A stretch of DNA of 64,000 bases, from positions 6,076,001 through 6,140,000 of the forward strand of contig CP075493.1 of the NCBI GenBank assembly GCA_021613535.1, given 5' to 3'. Of this stretch, positions 43,438 through 57,907 are shown piece after piece. The notes under the pieces were generated by a model that saw only the letters and a list, made by a program, of their open reading frames with translations, had not been told where the DNA came from and made no database searches. A program made the translations under genes and the position numbers. Position 1 is the first letter of the stretch. Each line of letters opens with the position of its first letter. The stretch comes from Adineta vaga. Taxonomy: Eukaryota > Animalia > Rotifera.

Positions 43438-46382
43438 AATTAGATGAAAATAATAGAAATGATTGTTTCTAAAATAAACAAAAAAAAAGATGTCATCTGA
43501 CGAATAGATCTATAGAAATGAATGAAAGGTTCAAAAGTGTGTTGAACAATAAATAGGACATTGACTCATATCTTCGAATTCTTTCTTATTAACTATATTT
43601 TTCTGTGCAAATAAAGTAATGTGATCGGTTAAGATAATTACTTTTCTATCATTTTCAAAAATCAATTTAGTTCCGAGCGATGTCAAACTAGAGAAAGAGT
43701 CATGATTTTCCTCAGAGTAAATATAGCATATCTCTTTTTTTTTTCTTCTTCTTACCGATATTTTGCACGAATGAGTCCGTCGGTCAAATGTAAATATCTG
43801 ATCTTCTATGAACAAATTCTTAGATTAATCGTTGTCATTTCAGAAAACGACGAAAAGAACGTGTTTTTCCTTGAGGATATTTCAAAATATTTTTCTCTTG
43901 TATTCGCACTATTACACTAAAGGGAAATCTTAGTGAGTACATAGTCACAAGAGGCATGTTTGCCATTCTTACCAACGATCTTAAGTAATAAACGGTACTT
44001 GTTTTTGCTATTGGATCTATATCATCTACCCAATAAAGATTGTTCGTTCATTTATATATGTATGTATATATATATCTGTAGATTCTAAACACGAACGGGA
44101 AGTACACAAGAGAAATGTTTGGAGGAGAACATTTGACTTAAATATATAGTGTGAGTATTTCCAACTGATATACGTCATCGATGTTAAATGAAGTGCATGC
44201 ATGTACACGTGCCGGATTTGATGCAATTCCGAGAATTTATTTGACGTAAACGCTCAAGGAAACATTACTATTCATTAGCATAAAACTCTATCGAAAGTTT
44301 CGATATTGTTCATTAAAGAAAACTCGTCGATGTCTGGTCTATTGTTTTGTTTGTTTTTATATCGTTTAGGACTAGAAAAAAAAGAGACTAACGATTAATT
44401 CCTTTTCGATAAGTGTCGAAATCGAAAGTAAATTATCAATTTCTATTGAATGAATCTTATAGATATAATTATATTACTTCTAATCAATGAGATAATTGAA
44501 TTTCTAGAAACAAAATCAAACCTCTAATAAATACATCGACTACATTGAGAAACATCGGAAACTATTAACGCTATTAAATGATCTTATAGAACGGCTGTGT
44601 AAATATAGCATTAGATGTCGAACAAAAATATGTACAATCGTGTTATCTTAAATCGAAGGATATTGATAATAAATAAACGTTCTTCGAAAAAAAAAATCTT
44701 TTTTCTATTGCTACCCATAGAACTTATCAAATAATTTGGAGACTATCTCAGAAATACACTCAATTATCGCATCGAAATGAAAGCATCCGTTATCAAGTAG
44801 GAAAGTACTTGTTTTTGAATAGCATCAATTCGTCAACTAATAACAACGTTTATGAAACCTTGTCTCAAACTATATTTATTGGCTGAATAAAAAAAAAGTA
44901 ACGATTCACTCTCATTTTCTCTCTTGGAATATGCTAAACATTATTATCTCCTGTCGATATATCAACATTCTCCCACGATGTAATTTAAGAACAATGATCA
45001 CAGTGATGATAAATTGATCTATCAATCATAAATATCACTAATATATGACACAATCTTGTATTAGAAATCAATGGCAATATATATTTTACTAAATGATCAT
45101 TATCAATATTCCGTCTTCTATAAGTGAAAAAAAAGATTCTTTTTCGACAATTCTATTTGTCTATATCGTCTACATAAAGATCTGGTCGAGATGATATTCA
45201 TATAGAAAACAAAATTGAGAAAACACATGGAAACACTTATATCTTATTATCTCTCATCTATTTTCTTTTTGGAAATTGTCTATAACATTGACATTCGAAT
45301 AAAGAATCGCGTAATAAACAAAATAGACAATTATATGAAGGTCTCACAGTCACACTTGAGATAATTGGCTACTCCAATCTTCAATGATGACTTACCGTTT
45401 ATATTAAATTCTTCAAGATGATATGAAAATTATTGTAATCAACGAATGTTAAATTCCTTCTTTTTTTTCTTTTCTTAATGGTGATTTGTTATTAGAAGAT
45501 TATATTATGAATAGAAAAATATATTGATGCATTTTGTTCTTGTCAAGATTGTATCTTGACGAAAAAAAGTCTCACTTATCAAAATACGATTAGTTACAGA
45601 AAACATGATGATACATGTGGTACATTTGTCTCTAAATATATATGTAAATCAAGCAATCTATACATTAAAAGACCAGATGTTCGATCGTTCTTTATCTTAA
45701 TTGAATAATAGCATGGAATTGATTTATTTAATCTTCAATACAAGGTTTTCATAGATAAAGTTATCTAAGAAAATTTCATCTTCAAATAAAAATTTAATGA
45801 TTGATTAAAAGTTAAAAATAATCTTTACTACAATTATGTGATAGAATACTATCCAATTCTCATCTGCTGTTTGAAATAAGATATTGTTTTCGATAGGATT
45901 AGTTGTGTTAAAAAGAAAATGGTGAATAACAAGTTAATCTCAATGTCAAGAATAAGTATTCGATCACGTTTCTAATGTTATAACTGTAAAAATCAAACGT
46001 TTAATGAAAGACTGATATAGATAGACCTCTATATCAAAATAAGTGTATGCAATAATTATCAGCAACGACGACATATGTCATTTGTCAATGAGAGTATCCA
46101 ACCATATATAATCTACGTATAAAGTTTATTCTTCTATTCTATATAAAGTTTATATATCGATTGAAATCATCTTGTTAATATACTTCCAAAAAACAAGCGT
46201 TCGTTATTTTTCTAAAAATTCCGTGTACAATAAATGAAATAGAACAATCGAGTGTGATGATGAGTCATTCTTTTACGAATATTTCTTCTTCTTCTTCTTT
46301 TTTTTCTTCCTCTTACAATTTCTGCCACGTCGTACTTCGGTGATACAAAACTTTGATTCGTTTATTTTCTCGTATTCTTCAG

Positions 46383-46939
46383 ATGAACATCTATTTTTGT
46401 GGAAGTATTCGAGGTGGACGACAAGATGTGGCTATTTATCAACAAATAGTCACTTGTTTAAAAACATATGGAAGAGTTCTAACAGAACATGTTGCTTTTC
46501 CCGAATTAGAAATCTGTAAGTGACAATATTTCAATGATATCTTTGACATTGATAGGTTTCTATAGCAGAAAAAAGTTTGAATGATACGGAAATTCTCGAA
46601 CGTGATATGCAATGGTTATCTCAAGCACATATTGTCGTTGCTGAAGTCACTCAACCATCATTAGGCGTCGGTTTTGAAATAGCACGTGCTATTACATTAA
46701 ATAAACCTGTTCTTTGTTTATTTCGACCATCGAGTGGACATCGTAAGATGAATATTTGTTTGATAGATGACTTTTTATCTTGATTTGTTTGTTTTTTTTC
46801 TTTCGAAGGTCTTTCAGCGTTAATACGTGGTTCAGCAAATAATCGTTCATTTTTTGTTGGAAATTATGAGCAACGAGAAGATTTCGAAAAATTTATTCGA
46901 GATTTTTTTAGTTATTGTTCACAAAAACGAACAGTCTAA
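46383..46939 (+). CDS. DNPH1: 2'-deoxynucleoside 5'-phosphate N-hydrolase (RCL)
   Basis: MNIYFCGSIRGGRQD..YGRVLTEHV..RDMQWL..VVAEVTQPSLGVGFEIARA..LSALIRG; 3 exons. Confidence 0.94.
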
Positions 46940-47060
46940 TTTTTTCATAGAGAAAAACTGTATCTTCCATTAACAAATGGTGATTTTGAACTAGTCATTT
47001 GCATTTTAGATTGATTGTTAAAGTTTATTCTATCGACATCCACATAATAACAAATAAACA

Positions 47061-47826
<766 letters not shown>

Positions 47827-48196
47827 ATCAAACTAAAAGTATTCCATTAATTTAATCTTTTTCTTTGTGCGTATTATTTGTTTTTTTTTCTTTTCTTAAA
47901 TAAAACAAAACACAGACTCATTTTTATTTGTCTTATTTTTTTTATTTCAAACTTTTATTCAATGATTAAGAGATTCTAGAAACTATTGTTACACGTCATG
48001 TATGTGTGTGTTTTCTTTATGTTTCTCTATTCATACGTCATGTGTTTGTTAATTGAAAAGGAATAAAACGAAACTATTGCATAAATATTCTCAAATCTCG
48101 AGTAAAAATAAAGTATGTAGATGACATTGAGTAAATGCAATTCGATAATTCTACGGCTGTTTTACTAAGTTTTAGATCAGTTAGCGAGCACTTTTA

Positions 48197-48996
48197 ATGA
48201 ATAATTCTGCTTCTCAGTATCTCTTTGGCAAGGAAAGGAAACGAACTTTAATGCTTGGTCTAGAAAATTCTGGTTAGATGAGTTGAATGAAATGTTAAGA
48301 ATAGATTCATTTTCTTCTTTCTCTAGGTAAAACAACAATTTTGAATCAATTGAAATTAGGAGAAGTTATTATATCAATTCCAAGTATTGGTAAATGAAAT
48401 CTTCTGATTAATCTGACGATAAACATAGATTTAGTTTGTTTTTCTTTCTCTACAGATTTCAATATGGAAATAATGAAGTATAAAACTAATACTATAATAT
48501 CTTGGGATCTTCGAGGAAAGGTAACTAGTTTTCATAATAAATAAAGATGATTGTTTTTATATGAAGGAAAATTCTCGTGCATTATGGCGTCCTTATTTTC
48601 GAAATACGACATGTAGAGTAATAATATTTTCTGATTGATATATACATGATGAATTCGATTCTAGATCTTATTTTTGTTATCGATAGTTCTGATCATGAAC
48701 ATATTTATGTCGCACGTGATGAATTGCATCAATTACTTTCTGAATCTGAGCTTGCTGATGTACATCTACTTATTTATGCTAATAAAAAAGTATTTCAATA
48801 TAATGTCTATATTTTCTTTTTACACTGAGTTTTATTGTTTGTCTTTTAAGGATTTAACAAATGCTATGCGTATTGATGAAATCACAGATAAACTTGATCT
48901 AAATTCGTTAAAGAATCGTCAATGGCGTTGGAAAATACTTGTGGTAAAACTGGTCATGGTCTCTTCGAAGGTTTAGAATGGTTAACAAAACATTAA
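48197..48996 (+). pseudogene. Degenerate tandem ARF paralogue (pseudogene or pseudo-GTPase)
   Basis: LMLGLENSGKTT, WDLRGK in place of WDVGGQ, NKKD, no Gly2. A frame break near 48926-48932 separates RQWR from NTCGKTGHGLFEGLEWLTKH*. Confidence 0.75.
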
Positions 48997-49098
48997 CTGA
49001 ATATTAATGTTCTTTTTGTATCTTTTTTTTTTTTTATTATTCATGCGTTTATAACTAGACTATTCGAATGATTATATAAATAATATTATTGTTTCAGA

Positions 49099-49972
49099 AT
49101 GGAAACATGGCCAATACAAGTTATTCAAGCATTTAATAGGTTTGTTGTGCGCAAGTCTTTTATCTTTGTTGAATTTTATGTAATATAATTCAAGATCAAA
49201 ATTTGGTCGTGATGAGACGAAAAATTACGAACTAATTATTTATAAGCCTATTCAACCAATTTTACAAGAAGGTCCACAGTGAGTAACATTAATGACTAGA
49301 AATTCGTGAGTATCTTAGTCATGATCATGAACAGATGCGGGATTGTTGCTCTTGCAATGGCGATGAGTAATCAATCAACGAATACGACAGTGCAAAGTAT
49401 CTTCGACAAAGCGAAAGAACTTCTATATACAATTCAAGGTGAATTATTCGATGGTAAAGTTAATGTATAGATTTACAAATGCAAGAATTTCAATTTACGT
49501 ATTTTTCTTATAGCTCGGGTGATTCCACAACTGTGCGAAAATTTTAATTTAAAAGCAACTATTCATCGATGGTCAAAGATAACAGATCTTCTTGATTGTT
49601 TACAATCGAATCAAGTGTGTCTTGTTCCGTAACTATGTCAAAATCTTTCATTTCTTGATAGTTCCATTTTTGATTAGATATGATTCGGATGCTAATCATG
49701 AACCATGTATTAAAAAAGGTCATCGAGCACATTGGCTACTTGTTCATGGTCATTTAAAAGAAATTACATCATCTCCATCGAATGAGTACGATTTAGTATT
49801 AGTACAACATGGAAAAAGTAAATTTCTTGGTGCATTTTCATTGTTGGATCTTTTTCAAAGTAATGGACAATTACTTGAAGCAGATCCTAAACGTCGAATA
49901 GAAACAGAATATTGTCTACCAAAAGATGGATCGCTTCAAGAAACTTTGTGCAATTTATTTATCGCAATATAG
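49099..49972 (+). CDS. ACTMAP: Actin maturation protease (C19orf54/UPF0692)
   Basis: PILQEGPQCGIVALAMA, YTIQGELFD, LVPYDSDANHEPCIKKGHRAHW, QHGKSK, SNGQL. Confidence 0.9.
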
Positions 49973-50206
49973 GAAAAAGTAGAACAAGTTATCTATACTT
50001 TCATTTCAATAAAAGATTGACTCGATCTATCTATCATTCACTTATCGCTTAGTTACATCTTTTCGTTTTGTTAAGTGCGACATCTATCAGTATTTTACCC
50101 AGACTAATCCAGAATATGTACATCTGTAAATAAACAATCATACCTATTGTGTTGTGATTTTTGCACGAAAAATGATTATTTATTCGTTGAATTAATCGAT
50201 TCGAAT

Positions 50207-53200
50207 ATGATTTTATTCGAAGGTGTGCTTAGTAAGTGGACAAATGTTCTCCAGGGTTGGCAAAATCGATATTGTGTGCTCGATCCGATGCAAGGAACAT
50301 TTATTTATTATACAGTATGAGATAGCAATCATGATTTTTAGCTCTATTAAAAAAACGACCATTTATTTTAGTCAAGAGAGAATATGGATAAAGGGGGGCG
50401 ACGTGGTGTCGTCGTTTTGAAGGTTAATCATTCTGGAAATTTTGTTTTTTCTTATCGATTTTATTTCTTTAGGGAGCACACCTAGATATTAATGCTGAAG
50501 ATGATAGTACAGTAAGACGATCTCTCTCTCACTCACTCACTCACTTTCTAAAACATCTCTACACATCTTTGTTAGTTTACGATTCGATCGGACGGCAAAA
50601 CATTCCATTTTCAAGGTGGAGTTTTACGTTGATTATCTTATCTTCAAGTCAGCTCCTTTTATTTTTTTCTCTGTTTCGTAGCTCGTGATGTTGAAGAAAG
50701 ACAAAAATGGCTATGTAATCTTGAAGATGCTATTAGTTTTCATATTGTTACTACTGTATATTGTTGTGTTCTTTTCGTCTTCTTCTTATTTTTATAGAAA
50801 AAAACTATTTTATTTATCAGGATAAATATACATCTTTGAATACAACACTTTTTCAAAGTAAAATCTTAGAAGCTGATGGCATTTTGCAACTACTAATTGA
50901 ACAAGTTGAAGTACGTAATGAAATATGTTTTATTTCAGTAAAATGTTTATTTTTTTCAGAAATTAGAGCAAATTAATAATCAACGTCGAAATAACGGAAA
51001 GCAAGGATGTTATGAATGTATTATTATATCATCTAGAGTAAATAAAAGATTATATTAAATAACATTTTTTATGATGTTCTATTTCTAGCGATTAATCGAA
51101 GCTGTTAAATACTCAATAGTTTCAATTCAATTAGCAAAAGTACGTGGTTTCTTTTCAATCGAGTAACATAGAGTTCAGACAGTACATTCAGACAAAATCG
51201 AATACTATTTGAAAGAAACGCTTTTAGTTTACTACAATAATATAATGTAACCTTGTGTGTTTCTATAGTCTACATAATTCCTATACTAGTTTAATGATGA
51301 TTTTAGAATAATAAGCTACGTCTACAGAGGACAAAGAAACAAGTTTTTATATATGTTATAGTACTACTCTCCATCCTTCGTGCAATATACATTGAAGAAC
51401 GAAGAGATTCTACAATCGGTAGGATTAACTAAGGGAGATTTGTTGTGTTTATCTAACAATAACTTTTCATCATTAATAATCAATGTATTAGGACTGTGAA
51501 TTTAATTTTTACAATCTTTAGATACGTATGGATCTCAAAACTGATACGACTACTGAAACATTACCATCACCTGTAAATGATGATAAAAGTAAAACAAAAT
51601 CCATATTTTTTTCTAAGTTTTACTAATTCCTATTTAATAGACGTAACTTCTAATGATACACACAATGAAACACCATTAAGCAATACAGAAAAAACGGATC
51701 CTGTTGAAACTAAAGATAAAGATATTCAAGATGATATTCCCCTTGAATGTATATTGAAAACAATTCTATTCATATCGATGGGATCGACATTTATTTTCTT
51801 GTATTTTAGCTTTAAATATTCAAACGTCTGTAGACAATGTCCCTTCTCCTTGTTCCGGTAGTGATGATGATGATGATGATAATGATTTTTTTGATGCAGA
51901 TGACACATTAGAGTAAAATATTCTTCAGTCTCGTGTGCCATTGATCTTATTTTTCGTCAATCTAGAACATCAACATTTCCGGAACCGTCAGCTAATGAAC
52001 CCGAAGTAAACAATGATCATCATGAAGAAACATCGTAAGTAGAAACAATGACACGATCGACGACGATGCTGTATTCCAATCTTTTCTAATTTAGTAATAG
52101 CAATACTTCCGAAATAACATTTGAACAGTACGAAGCAGCATATGAGGAATCACCTGAAGAGGATGGTAAGTTTTCTTAGAAAAAAACCTTCTAATGCTCT
52201 CCTTCATCATTTTAGTTGCACATATGGACGGAACCATCATTAGACATATAATCTCTCAAGTACGTATTTTTTTATTGACTCTGTCACAAGTTGAATTCAT
52301 TTCGTATAATGACTTCTAGCTATTCTTTTGACGATCATATGTATGCTGAAAGTAACTGTTTATGTATAACTTTTTTATAGTGTAGTTTATCCATGGACTT
52401 AACTAAAATAACGTTACCAACATTTATTCTTGAACGACGATCCTTTCTGGAAATGCTTGCTGATTTTCTTGCTCATCCAGATGAATTTGTCAAGTAAATT
52501 TAAAACATAACAAAGCATCTCTATCATGATTGATTACTTTTTTTCTCTATTTAGTATTACTAATTATGAGACACCGCGTGAACGTTTTATTCAAGTTGTG
52601 AAATGGTATCTATCTGCCTTCCATGCAGGTCGTAGAAGTCCTGTTCCCAAAAAGCCATATAATCCTATACTTGGTGAAATCTTTCAGTGTTCATATGAAT
52701 TTGGTTCATCATCGTCCGAGGTATTTGATACTTTTTTTCGACAATAAAAATTCAGTTTTTTCAATATCTTCAATAGACGACATTAGCAAAAGATGGTCCT
52801 GTTCCATGGGCATCCGATGATAATGTGACTTTCATTGCTGAGCAAACATCTCATCATCCTCCGAGTAATTGAAATCAAATCGTTTTCTTTTTTTGTTATA
52901 TCTAAAGACACTTATTTTCTTCAGTTGCATCTTTCTATGCTGAATGTCCAGCAAAACGTATTCAAATTGATGGATGTCTTTGGACAAAATCGCAATTTCT
53001 TGGTCTTTCCATTGGTGTTCACATGATCGGTGATGCAACCGTTACGCTACTTGATTATGATGAAAGTTATGTAATGACATTTCCAAGTGCTTATGGCCGG
53101 TAATGAGTGTACTGATTCATGATCAAATCGAATAACTCTATTTGTTTGTTTAGTTCGATTCTACTTGTACCTTGGTTTGAAATGGGTGGCAAAATATCGA

Positions 53201-53859
53201 TTGCTTGTGAAAAAACAGGCTATTCAGCAATCATAGACTTCTTAACAAAGGTGCGTTTTCTTGATATCTATCATTATGGAAAACGATTTTATCATTCATT
53301 TTATAGCCTTTTTATAACGAAAGGAAACATAAAATAACTGGTACGCTATTTGGTCCCGATAAGAAAGAATTTTGTAAGCTCGATGGTGAATGGAATGGTG
53401 TTATGACTGCAAAATATAGTGATACGAAAGTATCTGAAGTTTTCTTCGATACAAAAATTACACCAGTTGTTAAAAAATATCTTCGACCAATTGCGCGACA
53501 AGATGAACACGAAAGTCGACGGTATGTTGATGAAGAACGCAAAACTTTGAATGATAATCGTTGATGATATTTGTTTTTTTGTGTTTCAGTATGTGGAAAG
53601 ATGTCACTTATTATCTAAAAAACAAACAGATGGAAAAAGCAACGGCAGCTAAATCGTTTCTTGAACAACGACAACGTAATGATGCAAAAGAACGTGCTGC
53701 ACAATCACTTAAATGGCAAACAAAAGTATGTATTATTCTATTCTTCTTAGAAATGAAAATTTCATCGATAATATTTCATTTTAGCATTTCACTCAATCAG
53801 GTGAACACAAATGGACTTATGAAAATAAATTGTCTAAACGCATCCAATCGCAATCTTAG
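50207..53859 (+). CDS. OSBPL9: Oxysterol-binding protein-related protein, ORP9-like (PH + FFAT + ORD)
   Basis: PH domain [19 protein letters not shown]; acidic FFAT-like [14 protein letters not shown] near 51860-51905; [31 protein letters not shown], fingerprint EQTSHHPP. Many small exons. Confidence 0.9.
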
Positions 53860-54179
53860 TTTCCAAAATTGATTTTTATTTATTTATTTTTTTTTTGTTT
53901 TCGATTGTTTTCTGTTTCATATACTTTTTTAAAATTATGTATACGTGATTCTTTCCGATTGTAACCGAGTGATATCGCAATCTATCTCACTCTGTCAGAT
54001 TGGATTTAATGTTTCATTCATTTACAACAAAAAAAAAGAAAGCCAAAGAAATATTGACGCATATCGGTGCTAGTTTTCACACGTGTATATTTGTTTTTGT
54101 TTTTTTTCGATCTAATTATTAATATATATCATTCTATTCTATGTGCACTATTTAGATATTTGTTAAAATCATTTGAAAA

Positions 54180-54679
54180 ATGTCTTCAAAAACTGATGCT
54201 GTTTCGACGGCTAAAACTAGCAGTGCCAAACCTGCAAGTTCAGTTGGAGGCGCAAGACCAGCATTGAAAAATCTAACTCGTGCACGAGTACCAAGAGCTG
54301 GTATTATTGGTTTCAGTTTGGCAGTAGTATCTGCAGTTGCATGGAAAGTTTTAATATCTGATCGACATAAAAATGATATTTCATCGTTTTACAAGTGAGT
54401 AGTAAAAGCTCTTTTTCTTTTTCTTATGTAAAGAAAGTAAAATTTATGCTTTCTCTTCCTAGAACCTTCGATCCCGAAAGAGATTATGCTCGTATGAAAT
54501 CTGCAGGTGTATTCAAAACTCTTGGTAAGTTTTTTTTTCTTCGTATCTAATCATTATAATGATTGAATCTATTGTGATCACTTCTAGAGGGTCGTGAACG
54601 TCCTGAATGGCTTAGTGAATATGAAAGTGAACTTGATGCTGCTATTTCATCTTTACGAAGTACAGCTCGTAGTGAATAG
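54180..54679 (+). CDS. COX6C: Cytochrome c oxidase subunit 6C with terminal extensions
   Basis: Exons about 54180-54395, 54463-54524, 54588-54679. RPALKNL, one TM helix, then FYKTFDPERDYARMKSAGVF, matching the COX6C FY..D...M..AG.F pattern. Confidence 0.8.
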
Positions 54680-55806
54680 TATGAAAATTTGATTTAATCT
54701 TTTCATGTATTTATTGAATTCTACTTTTTAGATTAACCAAAATTGACTACTGTTCTCAACGATTACTTCTCCATCACATTCCTGATAGCAGTAGTTAGAA
54801 AAACAAAATACATGATAAACATTTGATTCTCTCATTTCCATTTCTTTGTTCTCCGTTCAGCTTAGTTCCATAACGTCCATTTTGTTCCCCTTGGTTTTTT
54901 CTTTCTTTTGTAATAAAGCTGATAACTGCTTGAACAGAAGTTTGCTGAAATTTATTTAAAACTAGAAACGAACAAATATATTAGTATAAAAGTGTATTTG
55001 CATATCTCGTTTGTAATGCACTGTTCCATGTATATGGTTTTGGATATGTTGATTTCAATCTACAACATTCAATCTTTAGTTGTTTAACGTGATAAATATC
55101 AAATAGGTTTTCTAATTATAATATGACACTATTTGGAATTTAAATGTTCAATAATTGATTGACTTTCCTAATCTGAGCATGTTTAGATCTATTCTTACGG
55201 CATATGTTTTTAAAGATTTAGCATTTCTGAAAATAAATTATGGAGAACACATACATAAGGAATCAATAGACACCTTGTAGGGGCCGTTCTAATTATTAAC
55301 AATGGTACTAATATCAGTTCAACCTAATGTTAATTTCCTTGAACTGCCAATGAAACACGTCAAAATCGTGATATATCATGAAAGTTGTTTATGTTGTCAT
55401 TCGATATTGATTTCAGTTATCCATGTATAGTTTTGTGTTTGAAAAGTTTATTTCTCTATGATCTTTTTACTGAACACTAAAACCAAAACAGAATAAAATG
55501 AATAAACCTAACATTTTTAGAATTGAATGAAGGAAATTGCGTGGTATAAAAACGTTTTTATCATGGATTAATACAAAAATTGAGCAACATTTACTTGGTA
55601 TATGGATAATTCTACACTGTATCTTTTTCATTCGAAAGCAGCTTAAACTATATAAAATGCGAACGCATTTCAAGATACAATGTGCTGTGATTGATTCATT
55701 TTTTTCAAGTAATCAGTTCTGTTTAATATTAATTATTTGCTGTTAAATTTGATTGATACTAAGAACGAGATACAAATTAGAAATAACTAGAAATCCAACT
55801 TTTATC

Positions 55807-56297
55807 TTAGTTTCTGTTGCCATGTGGATTGCGAACGCAGAAGAGCTATATTTAACAGAAAGATTAATAAATATATATTAGACGTAAACTAAGCTTCTAC
55901 CTGATGGTATAAAATACCAGCCGATGACATAAGCCTCTTACAAAATATACAAGGTACATTCTTATTTCTACTCATAATGAATGTTGTTGTGCTGGTAGTA
56001 TCATTTGAAGCAGTTGTTAGTTCATGATCAGTACAACTAAAAATAGATCGATTCAGTTCGCATTAAATTGAGAAAAAATATTTACTTTCTTTTTTCCATT
56101 AGTTTTCTGTGTGCATCATCCTGACAAGTTTCCTATTTCAAAGACATATGATCATATAGAAAAATAGTGTCAGTAAACGTACGATATGTCTTTCATATTT
56201 GTCCCATTCAATACCTTTCGAACAATATTCACAAGGAATACGAGTGTTACCATTTTCCGGATCGTTGAAATGATATGATTGGTCTATGAAATGGATC
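55807..56297. repeat. Direct duplication, copy A (of about 60495-60990)
   Basis: Shared exon and intron blocks, e.g. gtggattgcgaacgcagaagagctata, taatgaatgttgttgtgctggtagtat, ttagttttctgtgtgcatcatcctgacaag, ctatttcaaagacatatgatcatata. Confidence 0.9.
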
Positions 56298-57907
56298 AAA
56301 CTTATGATAATGTCATAGAATTTCAGTACATGAACCATATAGATCAAAAGGCGTTTCGTACTTTAAAACATGTGTAACAGAACAGAATAGTAGTCAAGCG
56401 AAATCAATTAATATAAATGATGAAATTTAACACAGTTTGTCATTTTCTACGCATAGGATGTTTTGTGTTTTTCTATAAAACGTCTCCGTTAAATAATTAT
56501 GCCATTTCTTATTCTTGAATAAAAACATAAACATTCGTTTTTTGTTAAGCAGAAAAATCATTTTACCATAACTATTTCTATGCACAAGAGAATAGTTATA
56601 TATATTTTTTAATAGTGATCATTTAAACTATAAATTTGTCCGCAACACGAAACGTCTTTTCTCATGAAGAATCAAATTGGATTATAAAAATCTTATTACT
56701 CTGTCGAATAAAGAGGGAAGAGAACTAAGTAAAAATGCTACACGTTTAAACTTGAATTAAAATTATTATTAGAAGCATCCCATTTCTCTCTCTCTCGCAA
56801 TGGTCAATGGATTGTGAAGACTGTTTTTCTACATACAACGAAACAAAAATAATAAAACAGTATGCTGAAAACATTGTAACTTTCGCATTTTGTGTATTTT
56901 ACTATCGTTTTTGTTGTAACTATCTTGACGCCTCTACGATATTGCCAGATAATTATAAAATGAGCAAATCCAATTTATCTAATAGTTGCAATTCATGATC
57001 AATTCTGTTATGCATTATCTTTTCATCTAATTAGATTAGTACTATTATTTTCATAATGACAAATAAAAATAACTTCTTCAATATTCGTGCTATATCTAGC
57101 ATACTTACCATCCTTATTACCATATTTCGTCAGATGCTCTCGCTCCAATGATGAAGATAGTTTTCGATCCCTATTATTCGTTGTCTAAATTATGAGAAAT
57201 AAACAAATATTCATGGAGAATAGTGTATGAAGTATTGAACAAATTTTCTTCGTTGACTTATCAATTATAAACCTACTTCATTTGACTCATATATTGAATT
57301 GTTATGGATTTTATCACCTTGCTGATCTAAAATGATGAATCATGTATATGATATTATCGTCACACTACTTAGATTTTCTTACTACTTATAAAGCTTACCT
57401 GGTATAACAATACATATTTTAGTAATGAATGATGCCACATCTCTTCGAGTCGTGATGTTTGATGGATGGTTAAGTTTGTTTTTCATTTCTATTAATTGTT
57501 CTTTCCAATGATTAAGATCCGTTTCGAAAAAATTATTCTCTTCACGATTTTGTCGAATTTGATTCGTCAACTTTCTTAGTTCATCTTCTAATCTAATATG
57601 ATGTTCAGTAATATGCTTTAATAATACCTGTCGAGCATCATTTGCTACTTGTTGAATTTTTTTTTATTGAATCACTTTCCCATTCATAAACTTGCTCTAT
57701 TAATTCATGCTGTTCTAATTTGGTTGTTTTATCTGTAAGTGCTTGTCGGAAGAGATCGCGTGTAACTTCAACTTCATCCAGTTGATTGTTCAGATCTTCT
57801 CGATGCTTTGGAAAATCAGACAAACAAAATATTTTCAAGCAGCCCTCACATCTAACCCCACCTTTTTCCTTTTCACAAATACAACAGAGAGCTCTTTTAG
57901 CTGCCAT
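55807..57907 (-). CDS. Putative chimeric protein: B-box-like Cys/His cluster + coiled coil fused to two TRAF/XAF1-type zinc fingers; frameshift in an A9 run
   Basis: MAAKRALCCICEK..CEGC..FC..H then coiled coil to a phase-1 donor near 57399. Small in-phase exons near 57277-57326 and 57109-57184, then IPCEYC..HI.TC and VPCIFC..HQLFCVRNPHGNRN*. Confidence 0.6.

Noticed and set aside
45542-45560. 8-bp inverted repeat gtcaagat-tgt-atcttgac; similar small hairpin near 22620
   Set aside because: Too short and isolated; expected by chance in 64 kb of AT-rich DNA; no TSD or second copy.
54795-54961. Minus-strand acceptor followed by about 55 open codons
   Set aside because: No upstream exon or recognisable motif; lies just downstream of COX6C, in or near its 3' region.
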